Part shown: piece by piece, positions 1 through 11,031 of the stretch | Layout of the letters: every line of letters starts with the position of its first letter | Position numbering within the stretch: position 1 is the first letter of the stretch | Source: Bispira polyomma | Lineage: Eukaryota | Length of the DNA stretch: 64,000 nucleotides | Assembly: GCA_965649765.1 (NCBI GenBank) | Contig: OZ287748.1 | Span: 7,440,001 to 7,504,000 of the forward strand | Reading direction: 5' to 3' | The notes under the pieces: model-generated | Database searches by the model: none | What the model was told of the DNA's origin: nothing | Seen by the model: the letters and a program-made list of their open reading frames with translations, nothing else | Translations under genes and position numbers: made by a program

Positions 1-695
1 TTTTATTGCCTTAAACTCGATTTATGGATAACATATTTACATTTCCATGAGTAGAAATTCTAAAAAAAGAACATATATTTTAATTATATGCTAATTTATT
101 TATTTTACACGTCTTTTTAATATATAATTTGGGACATATGATACATATGGCAGTGTCTAAAATTATAACTAAAATGGATAATATTTTCAAAGCATATGCT
201 TCACAAATGTAACATAATTTACATACAGCAAAAAAATCAATACTGTAATATTATACATGATCAGAAAAAAGGAAGACTTCAGCATCATTTTATTCTGTAT
301 AAATTTGATACAAATAAAACAGTGCAAGCATTCACACAGAAGATGGATCCGGATCCGCTCATCTGGTCCATTTAAAATTTTCACAGATTTTATTCTTAAT
401 TTTTGGCGGATCCGGATCCCTATCAAGCACCTACAAAGTAGTTTAAAAAATCATGATTCTGCCGGATTTTCTGTCCAGTGTGAATAGTAAACAGAAAATA
501 TTCGTTTTCGGATAATTGTAATCCCGATCCAGATGTGGTCCAGTGTGTTTCTACTTTTAGATCCCTGGTTCAACTACTGATAATGCTGCTAGTGTTCATT
601 GGTAGGATTATAAACATCTTTGGGCAAGATGTAGACATGCCATTGTCTACTTATAAAGCCCCAGGCTATGTTGGAAGACTATTCCTGGAGAATAA

Positions 696-1140
696 GTGAG
701 CGTTTCCATGCAGACAACTTTCTCAGGCGACCAGCCGACGTATTACAGGCAATTTTTAAGTTTTATGTGTCGATACAATTATTTGAGAAAAATAGATACC
801 TTTATTCAAACCTGAATATCTTAGCCATTTCTCAACCGATTTTGATGCAACAAAAAGCATAATATACCTGATAAAACAAGCTTTCTCACCATATTATCAT
901 AAAATTTATACCTTCAGTAATTTTTGAATTATTTAAAAAAATCGGCACTGTTTACAAGGCGACGGGCAATGCCAGGCGATTTTTTTTTTGCTCCTAGTAC
1001 CGAAAAAATCGCCTGGCATTGCCTGTCGCCTATCGGCGTTGCTCACATGTAAACACTTGGTTATAAATCAATAAAACTGATAGATTCGCTGTCGGCCATC
1101 GCCTGAATCCTCAGAAAGTTGCCTGCATGGAAACGCTCTC
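696..1140. mobile_element. PIF/Harbinger-like MITE
   Basis: ~28 bp TIR G(T/A)GAGCGTTTCCATGCAG(A/G)CAACTTTCT with TAA on both flanks (693-695, 1141-1143) and an internal palindrome GGCAATGCCAGGCGATTTT...AAAATCGCCTGGCATTGCC. Confidence 0.85.
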
Positions 1141-2203
1141 TAAGTTTCTGAGACGACGATATATTAATAAGGCGTTATATAAATGATTCAATAACATTTT
1201 CATGTGATATATGCACGGTAACTCAAATTGAGAGGCAATAAACCTCAAAACACTGCCTATTTTTTATTGTGTAAATACTTGTATTGAATTTCACAACAAA
1301 TGTACTTTATACAGCTTTGTGTAATGTGGCAAATTCATGTACAAATTAATTCTTTAATACTTTAAAGTTTAGGACTGCATATCACACACACTTCATCTAA
1401 TAATTTTAAGGCCTTGTGAGATCAACAGAAAGTTTGCTGTGGAATTCATCAAGAAAGGTTTTATTTTGAAGCCAGAGTAGCCTCTGGTTGTTTTCATTTT
1501 GAGATCGTTAATTGCATTGCTTTATTGTTTACGAACAAAATCCTTACAGAGAAAGGTGTAAGAACCTTAAATGATACAAATTTTTCTTTGATTTTAGCTA
1601 ACTATAGGGGCAGACCCTTGAATCACTTTGTCCCACAAATCGTTGACCGCCAAAATTGTAATATGTTGTAGTTCTTAAATACTTGATTTCTTCATATTTT
1701 AATACACTGTCATCCAGCAAAATCATTACATATCAAAACTCGCCACTTATTAAAGATATTCCTATTTACAAACAGAGTTGTAGTGCCTTGCACTGTTTTG
1801 AGAAAGCAAACAAGCATCAGTGAAAAGTTTGGTAAATAGACAGGTAAAGTTTGGGCCAGGTATTTTTCATCATTTACTTGTGGTGGTGAACTTGTTATCA
1901 ACAGACAGCCAAGTTGGCCAACCTTGTTTATAAAGTAATAACATAATCCCTATCTATCAGCCACCCAGAAGTGTTGCAATTGTTCAAAGCTTTAGCTGTC
2001 TATCATTGTAAGATTCCAACAGGCTTAGTGTATCCTTTATGTGGGTGGTGAGATTGAAAAAAAAGTTCTTTTTGGAAAATGAAACTTTAATAAGCCATTG
2101 GTTTCTTTTGCTTTATTTATTCATTACACTTGACCTCTTCTTGGTATAGGCTTATGTTTAATTTGCCTCATTGAGCTGATTCAGTATGATTCCTTACTTA
2201 TTT

Positions 2204-2653
2204 CAGTTCAGACAAGAGCAGAATTCGGGAACGTCGCAGAATTTGGAAACTGTTCCTGTATTCTGCAACCGTGAAGTTTCTGAATTCAGGAACTTTGAGA
2301 ATATTCTAATTTAGGCACTTAACAAAACAAATTGGCAATTTGTGAAAACGGTTATGTAAATATACGTTATTAAATAAAAAACTTTTGTGTTGCTTGAAAA
2401 AAGTCCATTGTTGCATTATATTAGTAAGTTACAGTTCACTAAGAATTTGTGAAGAAATTCGAAACCAATAGTTATCCTCAGAAATAGTTGCTAAATGAAC
2501 CACTGTGTCAAGTAAAATAATGGCAATCAAATTTTAATTTATTTTTAAAACATGAATTTTATAAGGTTCCTGAATTTGGAAACGTTTCCGAATTCAGGAA
2601 CTTCAGGGTTTTGATTTCTGCAACATTCCCGAATTCTGCTCTTTCCTGAACTG
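2204..2653. mobile_element. MITE with CAGT-starting ~38 bp TIRs (Tc1/pogo-like)
   Basis: CAGTTCAGACAAGAGCAGAATTCGGGAACGTCGCAGAA pairs with the reverse complement of ~2616-2653. Subterminal GAATTTGGAAAC/GAATTCAGGAAC repeats are present. The TA target duplication is not intact. Confidence 0.8.
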
Positions 2654-3119
2654 GTTAAATATATCTATACAAAACATAATTACAATTACTAAGGGGGCTA
2701 TGTCTTTGTCTGTTGCCTAGGTTAGTAATATATCAGGAACTGCTTTTGAAAGAACAGTAATATTTAACTAATTGGTGTAGATGTGAAACAACATGGCCTG
2801 TGGTAGGTTTGACCTTTGATATTGAGGGTTTTGACCTTAACCTTATAAATTGTGTCAGACAGTATATGTATTTGGCATAAATATTTCATAATTGGTATAA
2901 GTGTGTATAATACGTTACCTGTCAGAGGAAACTGAGGAGTAAAAGTGCATCTAGAATTTTTTTTCTTCTTTTTGGTGATTTAATATCTCTAAAAATCGAC
3001 TTGGGTGTCTCAGTGTATAGATTTAAGATCTCTATAAATCACGTAGCTATCTTAAATTATCAAGATGCTCTCTCAATTTCTTGACTTAATAAAGTACAAA
3101 TAGAGGTCATAAGTTGTTT

Positions 3120-3340
3120 GCGCTTTTACTATATAATTTAAAAATATATTAAAAAGAGTAGGTCATAATGCGCTTTTACTATATCATTTAAAAACATATT
3201 AAAAAGAGTAGGTCATAATGTACCTTCTTGACGTCAACCAGTGTTGCTGTTAGTGAGGTGGTCTATAATTAGAAAATGAGTTGTTAATTTCTACCAGGTG
3301 GCTGGCCAGGTAACTAATACATAAAATAGAGTAAATATTT
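3120..3340 (+). repeat. Dispersed ~190 bp repeat (second copy ~5682-5860) with a local ~51 bp tandem duplication
   Basis: TTTTACTATATCATTT..ATATTAAAAAGA.TAGGT.ATAATG..TGTTGCTG..TACCAG.TGGCTGGCC..TAGAGTAAATATT is present at both loci. Confidence 0.75.
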
Positions 3341-4171
3341 TTTTAGAATTGTGTGACATTTTGTAGATAGATTTGTAGAGTATCATATTAATTAGATCTA
3401 CCTGGGGATTTTTGGGTAATATACACCTACGCTGGTCTTCCCCCTGCCTTGTATAGAAAACTATTGCAGCTAGCCTCACCAGATTTTCAGAATATGTTTA
3501 TTGCTATATTATCTTGCTCAGAGTTGATAAATTTGAGCCCCAATAATAAAAACAACATGGCCGCAGCAACAACTTCTCTAAAGAAAATTTATCATTCTCA
3601 GACAAACTGTTACAGATATCTTTATCTAATTTAGTATACAGTTTGCCTATATGTAAATATTCCTAACTGAACTTTGGCCTCATTTTAAAAAGCAAAATGC
3701 AACTTCTTTAAGGCCTTAGTAACGTAAACACAAAAAACGATCATCGCTAAACCACGTTATAAAAAAAAAACTGTCTAGCACCATACACTACTCTACACTA
3801 CTGTTATAAAGGCCTCAAAGTCCATTTTTAAAATACAATATTTTATTTTATGAGTTGTGAAAATGAAAGAGGACGGAATTATTAACAGTTCAAGCTCAAT
3901 TTAAAGAATTTCAACATTTATTTTAACAATTTAACAACAACAAATACTACGTATAAGCAGTTGTAAAATTGTATTAAAAATATGAATATTTGTCCAAGTA
4001 CACCCTTTACAAATGTGACACAATACACATACATATAAGAAAGCAATACTACAATATTGTACACCACCAGATACAGAATGACTACAGCATTATTTTGTAT
4101 GATTTACTTTTTCAATAATATTCAATAAACTGTGATAAAATTAGAAAATCACGTAAGTTAATATGTTACAA

Positions 4172-4460
4172 ACCATGGCCGCCATCTTGAAAAAGGTTTT
4201 CGGACATTTAAAGTATTGCAGCTATCATCACTAAATTTGTTGGAGGTGTTTCTTGTCAATAGCCTGGTTGGGATTATATTTGGGCCCATTCCGATAAAAC
4301 AAGATGGCCGCCACGGCCGCCATCTCAAAAACGGTTTCTGGACATTTAAAGGAAAAGTATTGCAGCTATCATCACCAAATTTGTTGTGGAGGTGTATTAT
4401 ATCAATAGCTTGATTGGGATTGTATTTGGGCCCATTATGAAAAACAAGATGGCCACCAAG
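4172..4460 (+). repeat. Two tandem ~140 bp units of a transposon core repeat
   Basis: GGACATTTAAAG..TATTGCAGCTATCATCAC.AAATTTGTTG..TTTGGGCCCATT..AAAACAAGATGGCC occurs twice; related motifs lie at ~3460-3710 and ~42280-42320. Confidence 0.75.
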
Positions 4461-5933
4461 TTTTGCGGTCCACAGAACTATTTATGATAAAATAACTATA
4501 AATTTGTACAAACAAAAAGAAAAAAACAACGAAATTTATAAGCGGCCATTCTACTGTTCTGTAAGAAACTTATCTTTAAAATAGTGTTTGGGTCTTAATC
4601 TCAGGAAACAATTTAGAGAAAATTTGAAGTTTCATATAAAGTGTAACATTTGCTTGTCCCACTTAAGCTGCTGGTTTAACCACATTTTGATATACGATGT
4701 AGTGTATTGCTGTGTGTGAACTATAAAGATCATGAAGGAAAACAATATTAACTTCTAAAGCAAGTCACTGAATGAGTGTGTATATAATTGTTGCATTATA
4801 ATGACCATGGTAACCATTGTATCAAAGTATCAGTAATTAACATAATAATGAGCAAAAGGAAGGAATGTGTACTGAGAACTGCAACGTTAAACTGGGTCAC
4901 ACTTAAAACCTCTTTTGAAGATATGTGTGTTGTATTAGCAATGGTTGGAGATGGGCAAACCATTTGGTTAGAGGAAGAGGCCAGCCTTGTGTTTTGTGAT
5001 CACATTTTGGCAGTTCAAATGATGGATTCGTTATAAAATTGACTGGAATTTAATCTCACAAAGACTAATCTCATTATGTGAAAGCCAATGATCTGTAATT
5101 TTTTTCTGCAATCCTGCTGTCCCTTTTTGTCCTGGGAATACTACCAAAGAGTAGTTAACAAAATCATTTCTGATGGCACAACAACAACGACCAATGCAAC
5201 CTAAACAAATGGTGTATTTCTACCAAGCTTATAATCTGTATTAAAACAAATTATTTAAAACAAAGTATTGAAGTCAGTGATTTGTATTAGGTGTTATTTG
5301 TAATTTGTTATTGATAAGACACAGTATAATTGGGTTTTGGACATGTTGCTATATTATCAGTTTAGGTAGTTGGTGTGGTTAATTAAATAGAAGTTTCTTA
5401 GCACATTTTCTGAACAGCTGAGACAGTTCAATCGTCTTGCTATTTAGTAAATGTTTTAGGCCAAAACCCAACACAAAGAAGCCTTGTTTTCTTTTTTTGA
5501 CCACAAAGATCTTACTGTGAGTACAAGGAATGATATATTTTTGTGGTGACAAAATATAATTTGGTAGACTTTTGTAACAATGGTTTGATAGTGTAGCAGC
5601 TTCAAATCAGAAACCAGTGACGCAATTGCTTCTTTTAAGTCATCTGCATAAAGAAATACAGATACATAAGTTGTATACCGGTTTTACTATATCATTTTTT
5701 AAAATATTAAAAAGATTAGGTAATAATGTGTCTCCTTCCTGTAAACCAATGTTGCTGATAACTGTTGGTCAGCTGGTGTATAATAATTAGATAATCTGTT
5801 TTTAATCAATACCAGATGGCTGGCCGGGAAAGTGAATGGATAAAGTAGAGTAAATATTGTGTTAAAACAAATAATTTTAAGTTACACTACTACTGACTGA
5901 GAAGGTGAAAGGAGGTGAGGTGTATAAATAGTA

Positions 5934-6142
5934 TTTTATTGCAATACAATTACTTACCCAGTGAAACTGTGTGCTTACCGGTAGTTCGCCTGCTGGTGAC
6001 GACCAATCCCTAAGAGAAAAGGGGTTATTTACCGGTCGCCTCCGACGAAAGTCGGTCCGCCGGGGACCGGTACATCACGTGACCCTGCGCGAGAAGCTGC
6101 GCAAACGACCATTCTTTTACTGGTCGCCATTTTTGAAGCATC
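5934..6142 (+). repeat. DIRS left ITR with left extension
   Basis: The 165 bp core 5951-6115 is the reverse complement of 12753-12917; I counted 2 mismatches by eye. Imperfect pairing continues to ~6142. The unique outer extension TTTTATTGCAATACAAT is complementary to the ICR. Confidence 0.95.
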
Positions 6143-6212
6143 GTGTTTCGGATTACGAACTTTAATTGAAATTTACTTGGAACTGTCACAGGTTTTAAGA
6201 AAACGATCTATC

Positions 6213-8975
6213 ATGGAGTTATCTCTTTGGATATGGATTATGCTGGACCTTTTTGGTCCAACCTGGATAGGGTGGATAGGGTTTTGCAGAGCTTTCAGCT
6301 CTGGCCTTATCTTCCTGGGATACAAGATGGCGACCCGGTTCCCGGGTTTGTTGCATCTTGTGGGGGTACTTGTACCCTCGGGGAGATACAGGAGCTCCGC
6401 TCTCTGGCTTGTTGTCTGGCTGAGTTTACTCGGCGCAGTGGAGGGTAGAGTCCATCCCACGGGACCGTCTACCTCAATACAACTTCCTCCCCTGGCTATT
6501 CTGACGGTGGTGGCTATATCTCTGATATTTGCCGCCCTGTTTCTCATCTGCGTAGCCACCCCTCCTCCCAAGCCTCTTAGGGCTAGTGGTACGAAATCGG
6601 GACAGAAACAGGGCCGTTGTGGCCATTTCTTTGCATCATGGGATGACCATGGATGGTGTCCCACCTGCCGTCAGGCGGGTAAAGGCCAGGACCCTTGTGC
6701 GAAGAACCCTTCGGATTGCACGTTTTGTGCGTCCTTCACAGATGAACAAAGAAAGAAGATTAAGTTACGAGGCACCTACCGACAACGGCAGGACAAGAAA
6801 CGGGCCCCCCTGGCATCCCCAAAAGATACCCTGCTTGACTCGCCTAACCGGTCCGGTGGTGCTACCGGCCTAACCGGCACCGGAACCAGTACCGAAGCCA
6901 TGGAGGTATCAGACTTTGATGCCAACGTCCTCTTGGATGAACCCACTGAGCTACCTCAGTGCACGGCTTCTACTAGTAGTTTCCAACCACCTTACCCACA
7001 GAGGATCGATATCCAGATCCCATTGGAAAGGGTGACAGGTGTAGGCCCGACACCGGGTATGCCCGGTATTCAGCCGTTACCGCCGCCTCCCCCGGCTACA
7101 CCGATGACACAGTCGCGGGCTCTAGTGGATAATTTGAGAAATCAGTTTACCACGGAACTTTATTCTCTTCACGGCAAGATGGATCTGCAACAACAGCGGA
7201 CCGATAACTTGCTTCAACAGCAGGCGGCAAAGTCGGACTTACTACTTCAGACTCTGATGGAAGAACTATCCTCTTTGAAAAGTCAAACCCGAGGGAGGGA
7301 GCCTCAGGCCACCGGCGAGGTTGCCTCTCCTTCCCAACAGCCTCGTGCCCATTACGAGGATGCTTTAACGACATCCTCCCAACCGCAACCTCATACTAGG
7401 GGCTATCAGGAGCCTATGTTCGAGAAACCGGATAGGTCTTATGGACTACACCATACTAAGACCCCCATGGATACACAGCCGGACATATCATGGGACAAAG
7501 CCACCCCTGATCCTGATCAGGACATGGAGTATATGTCACCTAACACCTTGGCCCGTTATGAGCGTAAGTTCAAGAAAGAGCACAAGAGATCACATAAAAA
7601 GGATAAAAAGAGTCGTCATAGGAAGAGGACCCCAGACGCTTCGGCCTCGGACTCGTCGAATGATTCGGTTGACTATGAAGCGGCTCGACCAGTTAAATCT
7701 AAACATAAGGCTAAGCCTTCAGCTTCTTTAGGGGCTCCCCCGGCACGGGACCCGGAACGCGAGGCAGGCGAAGTCTCAGATGAAAATGAGGAGGAACACG
7801 CTGCAGCGTTTATCGCGGCCAAGAAAAGAGCTAGGGAGATTGTACAAACAGTAAATTCCCCTACGCCGGGACGAAACTCTCGGGATTCTTCACGTTCCCA
7901 CCGAAATTTTTCTGAGGACGATAACGCCACCACAACTAGGGACGAGTATACGTACTTCCCTACATATGTAGAAACTTTGAAGGCGGTTAGGGCAATACTG
8001 GACATTCCAGAACCGAAAAAAAACCCTAAGGAGGAATCTTCAACCTCGCTATTTCGGGCACAGCCAGCAGCGGAGGACTCCATATTGCCTCCATCTCTCA
8101 AGCTACCGGCTTTAGACTTGGCTTCAAAATTTCAGGCTCTCACTCTTGCTACAACTGCTCACCCTACCGGTGGAGAGTCTAGGCGCCTTCAGCAAGGAGA
8201 AATTCTAAAGATGCCCAGGTCGGATGTTAAATTTTATCCGATACAAGACGCCGCGTGGTCAGTCACACCACAACTACTTAATCCCAATTTCCGAGATATC
8301 GAGCAGAACAACCCCAGACAGACTCCGGTCTGTCACGTGTCTCAAAAGCAAATGCGGCAGTGGGAGGGTAGACAGAAGGAATGGCTCTCAGCCCTCAACC
8401 ACTACTCACACTTCTCTAGGGCGGCGGAGATAGCCATCACAAAGGCCCGCCAAGAGCAGGACCCGGCCCTTAAGGAAGAAAATTTAGCTATCGCACAGAG
8501 GGTCATGATTAGTATGTCTCGGGTCGTAGGACACCTCCACGCAGACATTATGACAATGATGGCAAACACAATTCTTTTTCGCAGAGATGCTGTGTTAACC
8601 AATCTGCACCCGTTTGTGCCAGGTCACTTGAAGTCCGACCTGAGGTCATCGTCGTACCAATCGACTGACCTATTCGACCCGGCAGTCGTCACCAAGGCCC
8701 AGGAGGCCATAAAGAACGAAAAAAGGTATAACACAAGCCGAGGTTCCTCAGGGGACTACAAACACAGAAGTAGCTCATCAAAGGGCTCTTATCGCGGCAA
8801 CAGGTCCTCACCCTATTACCAGGGTGGACGGGGTCGTTCTTCCCGGGGGCGGGGAAATAACTCGTACAGAGGTGGTCGTGGAGGCGGCGGTGGCAATGGA
8901 TCGGACAAAGGGTCAGGAGGAGGCTTCAAGAAGCCCTTCCCTCGTGGTGGAGGCCGGGGTGGCTCCTCCAAATGA
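6213..8975 (+). CDS. DIRS ORF1, Gag-like protein with Cys/His zinc finger, low-complexity middle region and RGG-rich C-terminus
   Basis: The frame is open from 6177, with in-frame ATGs at 6213, 6240 and 6327. It contains CGH..DDHGWCPTC..DPC..CTFC (6618-6728), typical of animal DIRS ORF1, a helical C-terminal domain and an RGGRGG tail. The true start is uncertain. Confidence 0.85.
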   Translation: MELSLWIWIMLDLFGPTWIGWIGFCRAFSSGLIFLGYKMATRFPGLLHLVGVLVPSGRYRSSALWLVVWLSLLGAVEGRVHPTGPSTSIQLPPLAILTVVAISLIFAALFLICVATPPPKPLRASGTKSGQKQGRCGHFFASWDDHGWCPTCRQAGKGQDPCAKNPSDCTFCASFTDEQRKKIKLRGTYRQRQDKKRAPLASPKDTLLDSPNRSGGATGLTGTGTSTEAMEVSDFDANVLLDEPTELPQCTASTSSFQPPYPQRIDIQIPLERVTGVGPTPGMPGIQPLPPPPPATPMTQSRALVDNLRNQFTTELYSLHGKMDLQQQRTDNLLQQQAAKSDLLLQTLMEELSSLKSQTRGREPQATGEVASPSQQPRAHYEDALTTSSQPQPHTRGYQEPMFEKPDRSYGLHHTKTPMDTQPDISWDKATPDPDQDMEYMSPNTLARYERKFKKEHKRSHKKDKKSRHRKRTPDASASDSSNDSVDYEAARPVKSKHKAKPSASLGAPPARDPEREAGEVSDENEEEHAAAFIAAKKRAREIVQTVNSPTPGRNSRDSSRSHRNFSEDDNATTTRDEYTYFPTYVETLKAVRAILDIPEPKKNPKEESSTSLFRAQPAAEDSILPPSLKLPALDLASKFQALTLATTAHPTGGESRRLQQGEILKMPRSDVKFYPIQDAAWSVTPQLLNPNFRDIEQNNPRQTPVCHVSQKQMRQWEGRQKEWLSALNHYSHFSRAAEIAITKARQEQDPALKEENLAIAQRVMISMSRVVGHLHADIMTMMANTILFRRDAVLTNLHPFVPGHLKSDLRSSSYQSTDLFDPAVVTKAQEAIKNEKRYNTSRGSSGDYKHRSSSSKGSYRGNRSSPYYQGGRGRSSRGRGNNSYRGGRGGGGGNGSDKGSGGGFKKPFPRGGGRGGSSK

Positions 8976-11031
8976 GACTCCACCGGAGCAGACGGCCTTA
9001 GGGGTTGGGGCGCGTTTGCTTCATTTTGTACCCGAATGGACATCGAAAGGAATAATCAAAAGAGAACTGGATATCATAAGACTAGGATATTCCCTTCCAT
9101 TTCGGAGAAAGCCTCCTCTCTCCCGGTTTCCATACATCATAAGCGGATACACGGGAATAGAAAAAGACAAAGCCTTACACAACTGTGTGGTGGACCTTCT
9201 GTTAAAACAAGCAGTAGTACCGGTACAAAAGACGAACTCGTTGGGATACACCAGTCGTCTTTTCCTCGTACCCAAACCGGGCAGCCGGTGGAGACCGGTC
9301 ATAGACCTCAGTACTCTCAACCAATACCTCGAGGTACACAAGTTCCGCATGGAGACCCCAGAATCCATCCGGGCCTCTCTACAACAGGGGGAATGGGTCA
9401 CCTCATTGGACCTCACGGATGCTTATCTACACATCCCTATTCACCCCAGTTCTCAGAAATACCTCAGGTTCCACCACAGAGGCAAGTCCTACCAGTTCAG
9501 GGCTCTTCCATTTGGACTAGCAACAGCCCCTCACGAGTTCACTCTGCTAGTCAAGGAAGTAAAACTGATGGCCCTCTCTTTGGGAGTTCGGATGCATCAG
9601 TATTTGGACGACTGGCTTATCAGAGCACCTTCGGCAGCTCAATGCCAAGCCAGCACAGAGACTGTGATTTCCCTCATCACAGATTTGGGCTGGATCATCA
9701 ATTACGGAAAGTCGGAACTTATCCCCTCACAGAACTTTACCTTCGTCGGGTACCAGTTCGATCTACAGAGGGGACTGGTACTACCTACAACAGACCGGTT
9801 GTGCAAGTTACAGGATATGATCAACTGGATACTCCTCATCTTTCAGGTGCCGGTGCGACTCTGGATGTCTCTTATCGGCCTCCTTGCGTCAACAGAAAAA
9901 CAAGTACCTGGGGATCGCCTTCAAATGCGACCTCTACAATGGCACCTGAAGAAACACTGGAGCTTCCCAGAAACCTTAAACAAACTCATTCCAGTGGACC
10001 CTCTCCTCAAGGCCCACCTCGAATGGTGGTTGGATCCGAGAAACGTGTTGGTGGGAGACTCTCTCCACCCTCTCGAGCACAATACATTGCTCTTTACAGA
10101 CGCTTCAAACGAAGGCTGGGGCGCTCACTTGGATTATCACACAGCACGAGGCGGATGGTCAGTGTCCGAACAAGATCTACACATAAATGTTTTAGAACTC
10201 AAGGCCGTTTATCTGGCTATACAGGCCTTCAAGGTTCAGTGCACCGGTCAAAGAGTCCTTCTGTCAACAGACAACTCATCTGTGGTAGCCTACATAAACA
10301 AACAGGGAGGCACACACTCGATGGAGATGTGTGCCCTAGTCTGGAGGATACAAACATTGTGTCACAAGTTAGCTGTGACTCTCCGAGCTCGTCACATTCC
10401 CGGATGTCGAAACGTCATCGCCGACGCTCTCTCCAGAAAGAACCAAGTCATCCAGACAGAGTGGTCACTCTGCCCTCGGATCTTCAAAACCCTGTGTCAC
10501 CAGTGGTACACCCCACATGTGGACATGTTTGCAACAAACTTGAATTACAAGCTACCGATATACGTCTCTCCACTTCCAGATCCACAAGCCTGGGCAGTGG
10601 ACGCTCTCAACATATCTTGGGACAACCTGGACGTTTACTGTTATCCCCCGACAGCTCTGATCGCCAAGGTGATCAACAAAGTACGCACTCACAGGTGCAG
10701 GGTACTTCTCATAGCCCCAGGGTGGCCGGGAATGCCCTGGTTCTGGGACCTCGTGGACTTATCACTGCGAGTCCCTCTACTGCTACCTCCACGCCACAAC
10801 TTACTCAGACAACCGTGGAACCTCCGGTTCCATCCGGATCCGGCATTCCTGAACCTTCACGCTTGGTGTCTAGGAGTACCGGACTACAAGAGCAAGGCTT
10901 CACCCCTGCAGTGGCAGAAAGGATTGCTCAACCTCAGAGGCTCTCTACAAGATCCGTCTACAAGTCAAAGTGGACCGTTTTTCAACGATGGTGTGAGGAA
11001 AAGCAGGTGGACTTCACATGCCCACCTATAA
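8824..11031 (+). CDS. DIRS ORF2: reverse transcriptase + RNase H + DNA N6-adenine methyltransferase-like domain
   Basis: RT motifs SRLFLVPK, WRPVIDL, LDLTDAYLHIP, LPFGLATAP, YLDDWL. RNase H motifs FTDASNEGWG, HINVLELKAV, TDNSSVVAYINKQGG, NVIADALSR. MT-like motifs VDMFAT and YCYPP. The conserved part begins near VGARL (~9004); the start codon is uncertain. Confidence 0.96.
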   Translation: MDGVVLPGGGEITRTEVVVEAAVAMDRTKGQEEASRSPSLVVEAGVAPPNETPPEQTALGVGARLLHFVPEWTSKGIIKRELDIIRLGYSLPFRRKPPLSRFPYIISGYTGIEKDKALHNCVVDLLLKQAVVPVQKTNSLGYTSRLFLVPKPGSRWRPVIDLSTLNQYLEVHKFRMETPESIRASLQQGEWVTSLDLTDAYLHIPIHPSSQKYLRFHHRGKSYQFRALPFGLATAPHEFTLLVKEVKLMALSLGVRMHQYLDDWLIRAPSAAQCQASTETVISLITDLGWIINYGKSELIPSQNFTFVGYQFDLQRGLVLPTTDRLCKLQDMINWILLIFQVPVRLWMSLIGLLASTEKQVPGDRLQMRPLQWHLKKHWSFPETLNKLIPVDPLLKAHLEWWLDPRNVLVGDSLHPLEHNTLLFTDASNEGWGAHLDYHTARGGWSVSEQDLHINVLELKAVYLAIQAFKVQCTGQRVLLSTDNSSVVAYINKQGGTHSMEMCALVWRIQTLCHKLAVTLRARHIPGCRNVIADALSRKNQVIQTEWSLCPRIFKTLCHQWYTPHVDMFATNLNYKLPIYVSPLPDPQAWAVDALNISWDNLDVYCYPPTALIAKVINKVRTHRCRVLLIAPGWPGMPWFWDLVDLSLRVPLLLPPRHNLLRQPWNLRFHPDPAFLNLHAWCLGVPDYKSKASPLQWQKGLLNLRGSLQDPSTSQSGPFFNDGVRKSRWTSHAHL

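Noticed and set aside
6173-9416. Antisense and short alternative-frame ORFs inside the DIRS (e.g. 6173-6664, 7673-8101, 9021-9416)
   Set aside because: Expected shadows of GC-rich coding sequence; no recognisable motifs.
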